DNA from: Planctomycetes bacterium TMED75
GTDB lineage: Bacteria; Planctomycetota; Phycisphaerae; Phycisphaerales; SM1A02
Length of the DNA stretch: 64,000 bases
Direction of reading: 5' to 3'
NCBI GenBank assembly: GCA_002171655.1
Contig: NHEC01000016.1
Span: forward strand, 3,656 to 67,655
Shown here: positions 19,031 through 27,978 of the stretch, one piece after another
Layout: the number at the start of each line of letters is the position of its first letter
How positions within the stretch are numbered: position 1 is the stretch's first letter
Notes under the pieces: model-generated
Databases searched by the model: none
What the model was told of the DNA's origin: nothing
What the model saw: the letters and a program-made list of their open reading frames with translations, nothing else
Position numbers and translations under genes: made by a program

Positions 19031-19645
19031 ATGCAAAATGACAACACTGAGCTGGCCAGCCTGCTCTCTCTCGCCCTGGAAGGCGGAGACGAGTCAAATC
19101 TTTCAAGAAGTCAGCGGGCGGCACTCAATCGGCTGAAGCAAGTCATTGAAACGATACGCTCCGATACCGCCGACCCTGTTCCGGCAAGGGTTCTGGAGCG
19201 CGCTCGATCACTTGAATCGAGACTTCCTCGACCGGTGAGCTGGCTCGATCGCACCGTCGCGTTCGTCATGAACCCCTTGCTTGACAGTCTCCATCGACCG
19301 GAACCAGGCTTGAGAGGTCACGAACTTCGTCAATGCACATTCGAGACTGAAGGCTATCGCCTCGATCTTGAAATCGCGCAACCTGCAACCGAGCACCCAT
19401 CTGGCGATCAGACAGAGACAGAGACAGAGCTCGAAGTTGAAGTCAGAGGCCAACTCGACAGCGAACAACCCATTGAATTCCCCCTGCGGGTAGCGCTGAT
19501 TCGAAAAGGGAGCGATGCCTCGGTTCTGAACCTGGAGACCACCCAGGATGGTGGTTTCGTCTTCCAGGCTCCCGCAGGTTCGTACGAGCTTGCGTTTGAG
19601 CTCTCCACCGGAAATCAGATGATCGGGAGCATCGAACTTCCGTGA
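19031..19645 (+). CDS. Hypothetical sigma-associated protein (possible atypical anti-sigma)
   Basis: 204 aa with no TM helix and no zinc-finger Cys/His motif. A helical N-terminal half is followed by a beta-rich C-terminal half. Its stop overlaps the GTG start of the CHAT gene. Confidence 0.55.
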   Translation: MQNDNTELASLLSLALEGGDESNLSRSQRAALNRLKQVIETIRSDTADPVPARVLERARSLESRLPRPVSWLDRTVAFVMNPLLDSLHRPEPGLRGHELRQCTFETEGYRLDLEIAQPATEHPSGDQTETETELEVEVRGQLDSEQPIEFPLRVALIRKGSDASVLNLETTQDGGFVFQAPAGSYELAFELSTGNQMIGSIELP

Positions 19646-22476
19646 TCAACTACGAACGACATCCGCAAATACGTCGTTTCCTCGAGGCTTCACAAGAGTC
19701 TCGACACGCGCTGTCACTCCCCAACACAGACGAAGACACCCTCCTCGGAGTGATAGAGGAACTCGAGGTTCTGGTACGGGATGATGCGCAGGCGGCAACG
19801 ATGGTCGCAGGGGAAATTGAATTGATCGCCCCAAAGGCAGGCAGAGGAGCAATGGCTGCCCGGGCACTCCGCACTAGGGCAGCAGCCGAATCATGCCTGG
19901 GTCAATTCAGTGATGCCATCCAAAGTGCTCATCGTGCAAGGGAGTACGCACAGCATGCTGACAATCCGGTGGAGGCGGCGCGGGCATTGATTGCCGCGAT
20001 GCAACCCATGTGCAACACCGGTCGGATGGAAGAAGCAATAAGCCACGGAACGCAGGCACATGACGAGCTGATGTCTCTTGATCAGCCAGAGCTTGCGGCT
20101 CGCGCGAACCTTAATCTTGGAAATATCTTCAAAGCTCAGGGAAAAGCCCCCAAGGCAATTCCGTACCTGCAACAGGTGATCGACCTGCTGCCTTCTGATG
20201 ATCCTATTCTTCCGCACGCCCTCAATGCACTCGGCGAGTGCATGGCTCAGGACCATCAACTCGAGTCTGCCGACCAGGTCTATCTGCGTGCCGAAGGAAT
20301 GCTGCCGGACGGAGGATTCGAATCAGCGGTTGTCACTGGCAACCGAGCCGAACTCGCAGCCCGACAAGCCCGCTATCAAAGTGCCTTGGACCTCTTCAAT
20401 CAATCGATAAAGACCTGTCGCGCTCTTGAAATACGACCGCATCTGTGCCGAATGACAGTGGAACTCGCAGAAGTCCTTGAGTCCTGCGGGCTCTTGCAGG
20501 ATGCAGCGGATCACCTCATGTCCACTCTTCCTGAACTGGAAGAACTTGAGATTGCCGCGGAGCTGGCAACCGCACGCCACGCTCATGGACGAATTCAGAT
20601 AAGGCTTGGAAAGTCCGCCTCCGCAATCGACACTCTGGACCTCGCGCGTCGTGCGTACCACCAGATTGGAAATGATCGCTTCGCAGACAGGGCTCTTCTG
20701 GCATCAGTTGAAGCTTGCATCGAAGAAAATCGTCTTCTGGAGGCCGCGACTCGACTCTCGCTTATCGACCCCGCCGGAGATGACTTGCTCGTGCAGTCAT
20801 TGCGATCGTTCCATCACAGCCTTCTTGCAGAGGCGAACCAAAGTCTCGATGAAGCTCTTGGGCACGTGGAATCCTCACTTCGGATCGCCAGCGAGATCGG
20901 GCTGCGACCCCTTCAGATTGAATCAGGGGCACGTCGTGCACATCTGCTGCTTCGAACAGGCAAGATTGATGATGCAATTTCCGAATCCGTCGAGCTCGTT
21001 CAACGAATCAATCAGATTCGTGGAGATTTCAACAGCCAAAGATTCCGGGCTGCATTCCTGTCCACCAACTTGGTCGCACACCAGACTGCCGTCACTGGGT
21101 TGGTTGCAAAGGGAGGATCGAAGTCACTCGAACAGGCCTTCGAGATTGCCGAACAGGCGAAAAACCGCGGTCTCATCGAACGCCTTCTCCACCAACTTCC
21201 GGAACCGACCCTAAACCCCGAAGCGGGACCGGAAATAGAGCTGATCAAAAGCAAGCTCAACGCACTCTACAAGTCACTTGAACAGGACGGTTTTCGTGAG
21301 CAGCGAACCTCGGCACGTTCCGATCGACAGCACGAAATTGACCAGCTTGAAAAACAGCTTGAATACCTGATCGACTCCACTCTTTTGAGCGCACCGGCCA
21401 TCGACCAGCCACTGAGTTACAGCGAGATCGTTTCTGAACTTCCCGATGACACATCACTGGTGGAATATGTTGCCTGTGGCGAGGAGCTTACTGTCTTCAA
21501 CATCGGTAGGGGGAAGATTGCAGCAACGCGTCTGAACTCCACGGTTTCTGAAATCACCGAATTGGTTGCCCAGCTGCACTTCCAGTGCCGGCGGAGACTC
21601 AGAGGCAACGTCGGTCCGGGGCTTGAAAAAAGCATGCTCCAGTCCACAATCCAGATTCTGCAGCAACTGTATGACCGCCTCTTCCAGCCGATCACCGATC
21701 AAGTCTCTGAATTTCGGCGCCTTGTCGTGGTACCACAAGGTCCGCTGTCGGGAATACCCTTCCATGCACTTCACGACGGCGAGGACTATCTGATTGACCG
21801 CCATGAGGTTTCAGTCTCAGCCAGTGCGGCAATGGCAGTTCGAACCGCCTCCAGCCCCCGCAGTGGAGAAGGCACTCTGGTGGCTACCGTTGGAGACGAG
21901 CTTGCACCTTCAATTGATCAGGAGGGCCTCAGCGTCACGGCGATGCACGCCCACCAGAGACCGACACAGCATGTCCGAGGAGATCAGGCAACGGTCGCAA
22001 GCGTATCCCATGCACTGAAAGGTGTGGAGATCGCACATATTGCCTGCCATGCTCGTTTTATGCCCGGCTCTCCACGATCAAGTGGCCTGCGTCTCCACGA
22101 TCGCTGGTTCACAATCCGTGATGTGCACGAACTCGGTCGGACCCCGACAGTCGTCATTCTTTCCGGATGCGAGACCGGACTGCATTCCGACAATGGCTCT
22201 GATGAACTGCTTGGACTCACACGTGGCTTCGCTTCCGGAGGCACCCGAGCCGTTGTCGCGAGCCTCTGGAGCGTCAACGATCAAGCCTCCACCCGTTTGA
22301 TGTCTGATCTGCATCAGCAATTGGCCGGTCTCCAAAATATTGACAATGGGGCAGTCACACTGCTCCTGAGTAAGTCCCAACGCACACTGCGCTCGACTCA
22401 TCCACACCCCGCTTTCTGGGCACCCTTCTTCTGCTCGGAAGGTATCGCACACCCCTCGTCCACACCTTCCGGGTAA
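19642..22476 (+). CDS. TPR-repeat / CHAT-domain (caspase-fold peptidase) protein
   Basis: The N-terminal ~600 aa are TPR-like helical repeats. The C-terminal CHAT domain contains VVVPQGPLSGIPFHAL, HIACHARF (His) and VILSGCETG (Cys). Confidence 0.85.
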   Translation: MINYERHPQIRRFLEASQESRHALSLPNTDEDTLLGVIEELEVLVRDDAQAATMVAGEIELIAPKAGRGAMAARALRTRAAAESCLGQFSDAIQSAHRAREYAQHADNPVEAARALIAAMQPMCNTGRMEEAISHGTQAHDELMSLDQPELAARANLNLGNIFKAQGKAPKAIPYLQQVIDLLPSDDPILPHALNALGECMAQDHQLESADQVYLRAEGMLPDGGFESAVVTGNRAELAARQARYQSALDLFNQSIKTCRALEIRPHLCRMTVELAEVLESCGLLQDAADHLMSTLPELEELEIAAELATARHAHGRIQIRLGKSASAIDTLDLARRAYHQIGNDRFADRALLASVEACIEENRLLEAATRLSLIDPAGDDLLVQSLRSFHHSLLAEANQSLDEALGHVESSLRIASEIGLRPLQIESGARRAHLLLRTGKIDDAISESVELVQRINQIRGDFNSQRFRAAFLSTNLVAHQTAVTGLVAKGGSKSLEQAFEIAEQAKNRGLIERLLHQLPEPTLNPEAGPEIELIKSKLNALYKSLEQDGFREQRTSARSDRQHEIDQLEKQLEYLIDSTLLSAPAIDQPLSYSEIVSELPDDTSLVEYVACGEELTVFNIGRGKIAATRLNSTVSEITELVAQLHFQCRRRLRGNVGPGLEKSMLQSTIQILQQLYDRLFQPITDQVSEFRRLVVVPQGPLSGIPFHALHDGEDYLIDRHEVSVSASAAMAVRTASSPRSGEGTLVATVGDELAPSIDQEGLSVTAMHAHQRPTQHVRGDQATVASVSHALKGVEIAHIACHARFMPGSPRSSGLRLHDRWFTIRDVHELGRTPTVVILSGCETGLHSDNGSDELLGLTRGFASGGTRAVVASLWSVNDQASTRLMSDLHQQLAGLQNIDNGAVTLLLSKSQRTLRSTHPHPAFWAPFFCSEGIAHPSSTPSG

Positions 22477-22512
22477 GGGCGTCTCTAGAAGACCAAAGAT
22501 GGAGATACCAAG

Positions 22513-24006
22513 ATGAAAAAACAAGTAGCCTGCCTAGCACTCATAGGTGCGATGAGCTATCCCGTGTTTTCAGAAAACGTGCCGGAAGATTTGCTGGTAG
22601 GGGGGTCCTACCTTGTCCAAGCCAATGGACAAGCGGGGATAGACGACTTGATCGTGGCCATCGAGGAACTCACTCCTGAGGGCAGTGAAGTTGCCGCCAC
22701 AGAGCTCATCCCGGGAAGCTTCATCTATCACATCACCTACTTGGAAGTCGATTCATTCATAGGCGACCAGGTGGGCGAGCGAATTGAACTGCTGACCAAC
22801 GGAACCACACTGAACTGGTCCGAGAGCGACTACCTGTTTGGCTACGACGAAGACAGTGAAGGGCAATCTGGAAGTCTCTGGGTCAGTGGGCTCGGTCTTT
22901 CAAGTGCCAATTTCTTGAACCAATACGCGTTCAACCAGTTGGAGCTGAAGAGTGCACACCAACGATCACAGGGAGAAGGAGTGTTGATAGCGGTCATCGA
23001 CACCATGCCTGATACCAGACATCCTGGCCTGAAACCGCTCTTGAAAACGATTGACCTGGTCAACATGGGCTCGGATCCCGGCGATCAACTGACAGGAAAC
23101 CGATTGGATGACGACGGAGATGGACACATCGACGAGGCACTCGGACATGGAACATTTGTCACGGGCCTCATACAGGCCACCGCGCCAAAGGCCGGGGTGA
23201 TGGCCATCGCAGTCCTGAACGATGACGGAATCGGTTCTGCTGCGAACCTCGCTCTCGGAATCATGCTGGCAATTGAAAACGGAGCACACATCATCTCACT
23301 ATCACTTGGTAGTGAGACGGAAAGCCTGGCAGTGTCGAGTGTCTTGGAATATGCCGCGGAATCCGGCGTGACCGTTTTTGCCGCAGTCGGCAATACCGGA
23401 ACCTGGGGATGCCTCTTCCCAGCTCGGCACCCCAAGGTGGTCAGCGTAGGGGCGAATGATCACGCGATGCAGTTGTCACCGGTTTCCAGCTACCACGCTG
23501 AAATGAACATGGTGGCTCCCGGATCTTCAGTAATCATTTACAACGGCGTAGACGACGAACGAATGGTCGTTGGCCCGACCGTCGGAGAACAATACGTGGC
23601 TGGCACCGGAACCAGCTTTTCAACTGCGTTTGCAGCTGGAACTGGCGCATTGATCAGAGCTCAGCTGACGGACCTCGAAAGCAACCAGATGAATCTTGGA
23701 GAGCTTGGAACGAAGATTCGAAAGCGGATGACTCAAGGTCCGAACCACGTGGAGTTCCCAAATGAAAGTGGGCAGACTCGAGCGGTACTGGAAGCCCTGC
23801 AAGCCACCGACTATGCAGACCCAGTACCACAGGACAGTGACGTCAATGGCGACGGTGTGGCGGATGGAGCCGACCTCGCGATGGTCCTTGGACGCTGGGG
23901 AGGATTGTTCAGCTCTGGTGAACTGCATCGAGAGGACATCGAGCGCGACGGAATAGTCGACGGACAGGATCTGGCGCGGCTTCTCGGTGGCTGGGGTTCG
24001 CCGTGA
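22513..24006 (+). CDS. Secreted S8 subtilisin-family serine peptidase with a dockerin-like tail
   Basis: Signal peptide MKKQVACLALIGAMSYPVFS. The catalytic triad sits in AVIDTMPD, GHGTFVTG and GTGTSFSTA. The C-terminus is DVNGDGVADGADLAMVLGRWG...DIERDGIVDGQDLARLLGGWG. Confidence 0.88.
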   Translation: MKKQVACLALIGAMSYPVFSENVPEDLLVGGSYLVQANGQAGIDDLIVAIEELTPEGSEVAATELIPGSFIYHITYLEVDSFIGDQVGERIELLTNGTTLNWSESDYLFGYDEDSEGQSGSLWVSGLGLSSANFLNQYAFNQLELKSAHQRSQGEGVLIAVIDTMPDTRHPGLKPLLKTIDLVNMGSDPGDQLTGNRLDDDGDGHIDEALGHGTFVTGLIQATAPKAGVMAIAVLNDDGIGSAANLALGIMLAIENGAHIISLSLGSETESLAVSSVLEYAAESGVTVFAAVGNTGTWGCLFPARHPKVVSVGANDHAMQLSPVSSYHAEMNMVAPGSSVIIYNGVDDERMVVGPTVGEQYVAGTGTSFSTAFAAGTGALIRAQLTDLESNQMNLGELGTKIRKRMTQGPNHVEFPNESGQTRAVLEALQATDYADPVPQDSDVNGDGVADGADLAMVLGRWGGLFSSGELHREDIERDGIVDGQDLARLLGGWGSP

Positions 24007-24130
24007 TAGGAACTCAGTGAATTCGACAAATCGTCAGATCGCTGCGTTGATCGACAAAGTCAATAGGCGCTGATCAAGAAAGAACGCCCGAGTTGGCTCA
24101 TATGGGCCAACCCGTGAAAAACAACAGCGG

Positions 24131-24409
24131 ATGCGACCAATGAAACCTGAAGACGCAACGAGCAGCGAGGATCGGCTGGAACGGATCGAATCCAGACTCG
24201 AGGAGCTCGGTCGAAAAGACAATGACCCAAGTATCGCGATTATTGCCGCAGGATTCCTGATCGGTGGAGCCCTCATGGTTGGTCAATGTCAGAGACAGAG
24301 CACACCAAGGATGAACGTCGGACTGAGCAACGCAAACTCCGTGCCCTTCAAAGTCCAGCTTGTTGACAAACAATGGAATGCCATCTCGTTCGACGGGACG
24401 AAGGAGTAA
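24131..24409 (+). CDS. Small single-pass membrane protein, hypothetical
   Basis: One TM helix (IAIIAAGFLIGGALMVG). Weak support only. Confidence 0.35.
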   Translation: MRPMKPEDATSSEDRLERIESRLEELGRKDNDPSIAIIAAGFLIGGALMVGQCQRQSTPRMNVGLSNANSVPFKVQLVDKQWNAISFDGTKE

Positions 24410-24643
24410 GGCGCTTGGAGGGCCCCCTCGGGAAGACTCCGTTTAACGTAACACCCATTATGAGACCTAGGGTGGGCTCAAAGGGGGGCTGGCGAGCTGG
24501 GAGGCGTGCATGATGGCCGTGGCCAAAGGCAAGCACGTTCCCTTTCTTTCTCCATGAGTACTGGATCGCCAGCGATGGAAAGTTCATTCGGATCATTGCA
24601 TCTCTCGTTCTTGTGGCAATCGTTGCGATCGCGTCGGCCCTGG

Positions 24644-25789
24644 TCAGAGAGCGCGGGTCCGAGTCTCACCGATCGCCGCCTCGATCGATGCGTCGATCCG
24701 CTTGACTGCGTCGTGCTCCCTGGCCGATGAGAGGTATTCCTTGAGTCGACATGAAACCTTCCGAGTATCAATGCCCGATACCCAGGGCGTCAGTCCCACG
24801 TATTCGCTTGGAATCAGCTCCGGATAGCTGAGTCGATCAGGAAGCCAAGGCAGACAACCGCAGGCGATCGCTTCAACCACCGCGATTCCGAAGAACTCAT
24901 GCCGTGCTGTCGAGGTTACCCAGTCACAACATTGCAGTATTTGCAGGTACTCCGCTCGATTCCGAGGCCCACCGAACCGGTCGAGCACATCAGCATGCTC
25001 CTCCTTGATCAGCTTCATCGCTTTGGGCGCTTCCTTGAACCGTCTACCGAGTATCGTCCACCTGAATTCGATCTCCGGATCCCCTTTGCAGCGTTCGATC
25101 AGACTCTTGAGCTCCTCACAGCCCTTGTCGTGTTCCCAGCGATGCGGCCAGGCGACGCGGACAATTCGACGTCGCCCGCTTTCTTGGTCCGCATAACCAT
25201 CAGGAACCAGGTTATGTAAAGCAGGGGGCGCCCATGCATCTTCCGGAACCGGCGGCCAGACCACATGGCTTCGCTGTTGCAGGCGTTCGATCCAACTGCC
25301 ACCCACGGTCCAGGGTGCCTTTCCGAGCAGGTCTTTCATCGCCTCGATGAACGAAACTCGGTTGTGTTCGCTGTTGAAGAGCACCACGTCCGCTGCTTCA
25401 ATCGATGCGAGATTCGTGAATGCCAGGTGTGCATCACGATCCCGAGTGAGCCCATCAATGTTGTCCGATACCGGATAGGCAGCCTGGTTTTCATGCATGT
25501 AGAGAACATGAGGAAGCGCACGCACCGCCCTGGGGGCACAGGCTCTGAAATCTGAGAGTGAACAGAGGCTTGAGACGAAGACGGCATCCCATCGCTCACC
25601 CCCCTTGACCAAGTCCCCCACCTCTTCTGCAAAGGTCAATGCCGACTGCCGCAAGCACCAACGCACCCCGCCTCCAGGGCGGGTCCGCCATGTCCAGCGA
25701 TGTGCCGAATGCGCCGTCAATGAGTCTGCGACAGACCGGTGGCTGCCCGCATACCAGGGCTCCAGGGCGAGGATGTCCAGTGCTTTCAT
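24644..25789 (-). CDS. DUF3524/GT4 glycosyltransferase, homologue of tRNA-queuosine alpha-mannosyltransferase (GTDC1/QTMAN)
   Basis: [33 protein letters not shown] and [35 protein letters not shown] match blocks of human GTDC1 as I recall them ([53 protein letters not shown]). Confidence 0.85.
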   Translation of the reverse strand: [381 protein letters not shown]

Positions 25790-25895
25790 CCTTCGATGTT
25801 AGTGTGCTGCACCCCGTAAGGGCACTTCCGCGTGCCAGAAGAGCCTCCGAGCCCTTTCTCCAGACAGCCAGCACTCCGCACCCTACACTGTCCAC

Positions 25896-26399
25896 ATGAG
25901 CTTCGATGCAGAACCACCCTTCAAACCGACCGACCCCACCGAAATGATGGCGCCCATCTGTTCAGTGTTTCGTCGCTTTCTCAAATCTCGAGGCTTGAAA
26001 TACACTCCTGAACGAGCGGCCATTCTCGACGCGATCATTGACCGTGACGAAGTATTCGAGGTTGAGGAGATCTTGCTCCAGATGACCGGCAGTGCAGCCC
26101 GGGTCTCCAAAGCGACAATCTATCGAACGATCATCCTGCTTACCGAGGCGGGAATAATCACTCAGGCGCTTTTCGACTCCAAGCAGTCCCACTACCGGCT
26201 GATCTACGGCCGAGAGCCTCAGGACCAGATGGTCTGCATGCGCACCGGAAAACTTGTGGAGTTCACCAACGAAGAAGTGATCGAGCTTCGCAACCGGATC
26301 TGCAAGGAACTTGGCTGGAACCCCATCGGACACCGAATGCATATCTATGCGCACAGTCCTGAAGATTCTGAAGAAGCCCCGCCTTCAACCCCTGAATAA
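25896..26399 (+). CDS. Fur-family transcriptional regulator (metal-site residues poorly conserved)
   Basis: Winged helix TPERAAILDAI...ATIYRTIILLTEAGII. The dimerisation domain has HYRLIY and VCMRTGK where Fur proteins usually have HHDH and CxxCG. Confidence 0.7.
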   Translation: MSFDAEPPFKPTDPTEMMAPICSVFRRFLKSRGLKYTPERAAILDAIIDRDEVFEVEEILLQMTGSAARVSKATIYRTIILLTEAGIITQALFDSKQSHYRLIYGREPQDQMVCMRTGKLVEFTNEEVIELRNRICKELGWNPIGHRMHIYAHSPEDSEEAPPSTPE

Positions 26400-26416
26400 G
26401 CTGGAGCGCCCGCTGC

Positions 26417-27067
26417 TCACGACAGATCGGGGTTCATCAGGTCATCTTCCTCAATCTCTCGGGATACCGAGTAGTTACCTGCGAACCAGTTTCCCAGATC
26501 AGCCATTCGACAACGCGTGCTGCAGAACGGAAAGCTCGATTCATCCTCGGCAACCGTCTTGTTGCAAGACGGACAACGCCGCGCAGCCATCGAAGCCTCA
26601 TTGCTGACTGGATCCATGCAACGGACAAAGCGACCGAGTACGCCATCTTCGCCCACTGCGCCGTGCATGAGCTCGATCACCACGGCATCGGAACCCAAGG
26701 CACCTGGTACTTTTTCCGGCCATTCCAGAACCACCACCGTCCGAGGATCAAGAAGATATTCTTCCCATCCGATTTCTTGGAGCTCTTCCATCGACTCCAA
26801 TCGATACGCATCTCCATGAACCAGACGGATGTCTCCCGTCCCCGATTCATGCACGTGCAGGATCGTGAATGTCGGACTTGAAACCTCCGAAGAGTCCACC
26901 CCGAGCCCTTCGGCAAAGCCACGCATGAACGTGGTCTTGCCGGCCCCAAGCTCACCGCGTAATGAAATTCGCTCGCCTCCGCGGCACAGACGTCCCATCT
27001 CACAACCGTACTGCTCGGTTGCCAGCGCATCCACGAGGAACCGTTCATGGGAGATGATCTTGTTCAT
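26417..27067 (-). CDS. tsaE: tRNA t6A biosynthesis ATPase TsaE fused to a YacG-type zinc finger
   Basis: The TsaE part carries the P-loop GELGAGKTTFMRGF and SPTFTILHVH. The C-terminus RRCPSCNKTVAEDESSFPFCSTRCRMADLGNW matches the YacG pattern CPxCxK...PFCSxRCxxxDLGxW. ATGA overlap with the thiL stop. Confidence 0.85.
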   Translation of the reverse strand: MNKIISHERFLVDALATEQYGCEMGRLCRGGERISLRGELGAGKTTFMRGFAEGLGVDSSEVSSPTFTILHVHESGTGDIRLVHGDAYRLESMEELQEIGWEEYLLDPRTVVVLEWPEKVPGALGSDAVVIELMHGAVGEDGVLGRFVRCMDPVSNEASMAARRCPSCNKTVAEDESSFPFCSTRCRMADLGNWFAGNYSVSREIEEDDLMNPDLS

Positions 27068-27978
27068 GTCCGATGCTCCCATCCCCTGCTGGAAAAGTCG
27101 ACCTCGACTCCATCTTCCAGTATCACCACTCCAGCACCAGAGTGAACCGAACCAATTCTGACGAGAGGTATCTCATCCAGGCAATCCGGCAGCTCGACGG
27201 AAGGATCGACCGTAAAGCACAATTCGTAATCTTCCCCATCAGAAAGAGCCTCGGCAGGAGTTGCTGCGCCTCGCCTGGGCAATGAATCGGATTCGAGAGT
27301 CATCTTGACTCCGGACTCAACCGCCAGATGCCCCACATCCGAAACGAGGCCATCGGAGAGATCGATCATTGAATGGAGTGATTCTCCGATGAGTCGGTGG
27401 ATGGCGAGCGCAAGACCGACCCTCGGTTCAAATGTCTCATGGTGACCCGAGCCATCGGATCGAAGCGATCCACCCAGGAAACCGCTCACCCAGATCTCAT
27501 CCCCGGGCTGTGCGCCGGATCTTGTGAGAAATCGACCGCTCATCGAATCGTCCGGAGACGCCAGAACCGTGGCCGTCACCAGCGGAGGTGCGGCTGAGTT
27601 CGCAAAGGCAGCCACATCACCTCCAAATACGGGGCAGTCATACTGAGTCGCAATACGGTTGAGAGCGTCGGCAAATCGAGGTCCCCAATCCGCGGAAAGA
27701 CCAACGGGTACTGCCGCCGTCACCAGGGCCCCTGCGGGGAGCGCCGCCATGGCGGCGACGTCACTGAGGGATCGGCAGATCACCTTGCGTGCGTATCGTT
27801 CCGGAGAAGCGTCTACGGGAAGATGCACGCCTCCAATGACTTGATCGACACCCGCCAGTACGACGACCCCCGGCCCGAAGCCAAGTCCTCCCAGGTCATC
27901 ACCCGGTGGAAGTACGACTCGGGAACCAAGAGTTTCATTCAGGGAGCGCACATGATTGATCAACTCGAATTCGTTCAT
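27064..27978 (-). CDS. thiL: Thiamine-monophosphate kinase
   Basis: MNEFELINHV...PPGDD..., in an AIR-synthase-like fold typical of ThiL. Confidence 0.85.
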   Translation of the reverse strand: MNEFELINHVRSLNETLGSRVVLPPGDDLGGLGFGPGVVVLAGVDQVIGGVHLPVDASPERYARKVICRSLSDVAAMAALPAGALVTAAVPVGLSADWGPRFADALNRIATQYDCPVFGGDVAAFANSAAPPLVTATVLASPDDSMSGRFLTRSGAQPGDEIWVSGFLGGSLRSDGSGHHETFEPRVGLALAIHRLIGESLHSMIDLSDGLVSDVGHLAVESGVKMTLESDSLPRRGAATPAEALSDGEDYELCFTVDPSVELPDCLDEIPLVRIGSVHSGAGVVILEDGVEVDFSSRGWEHRT

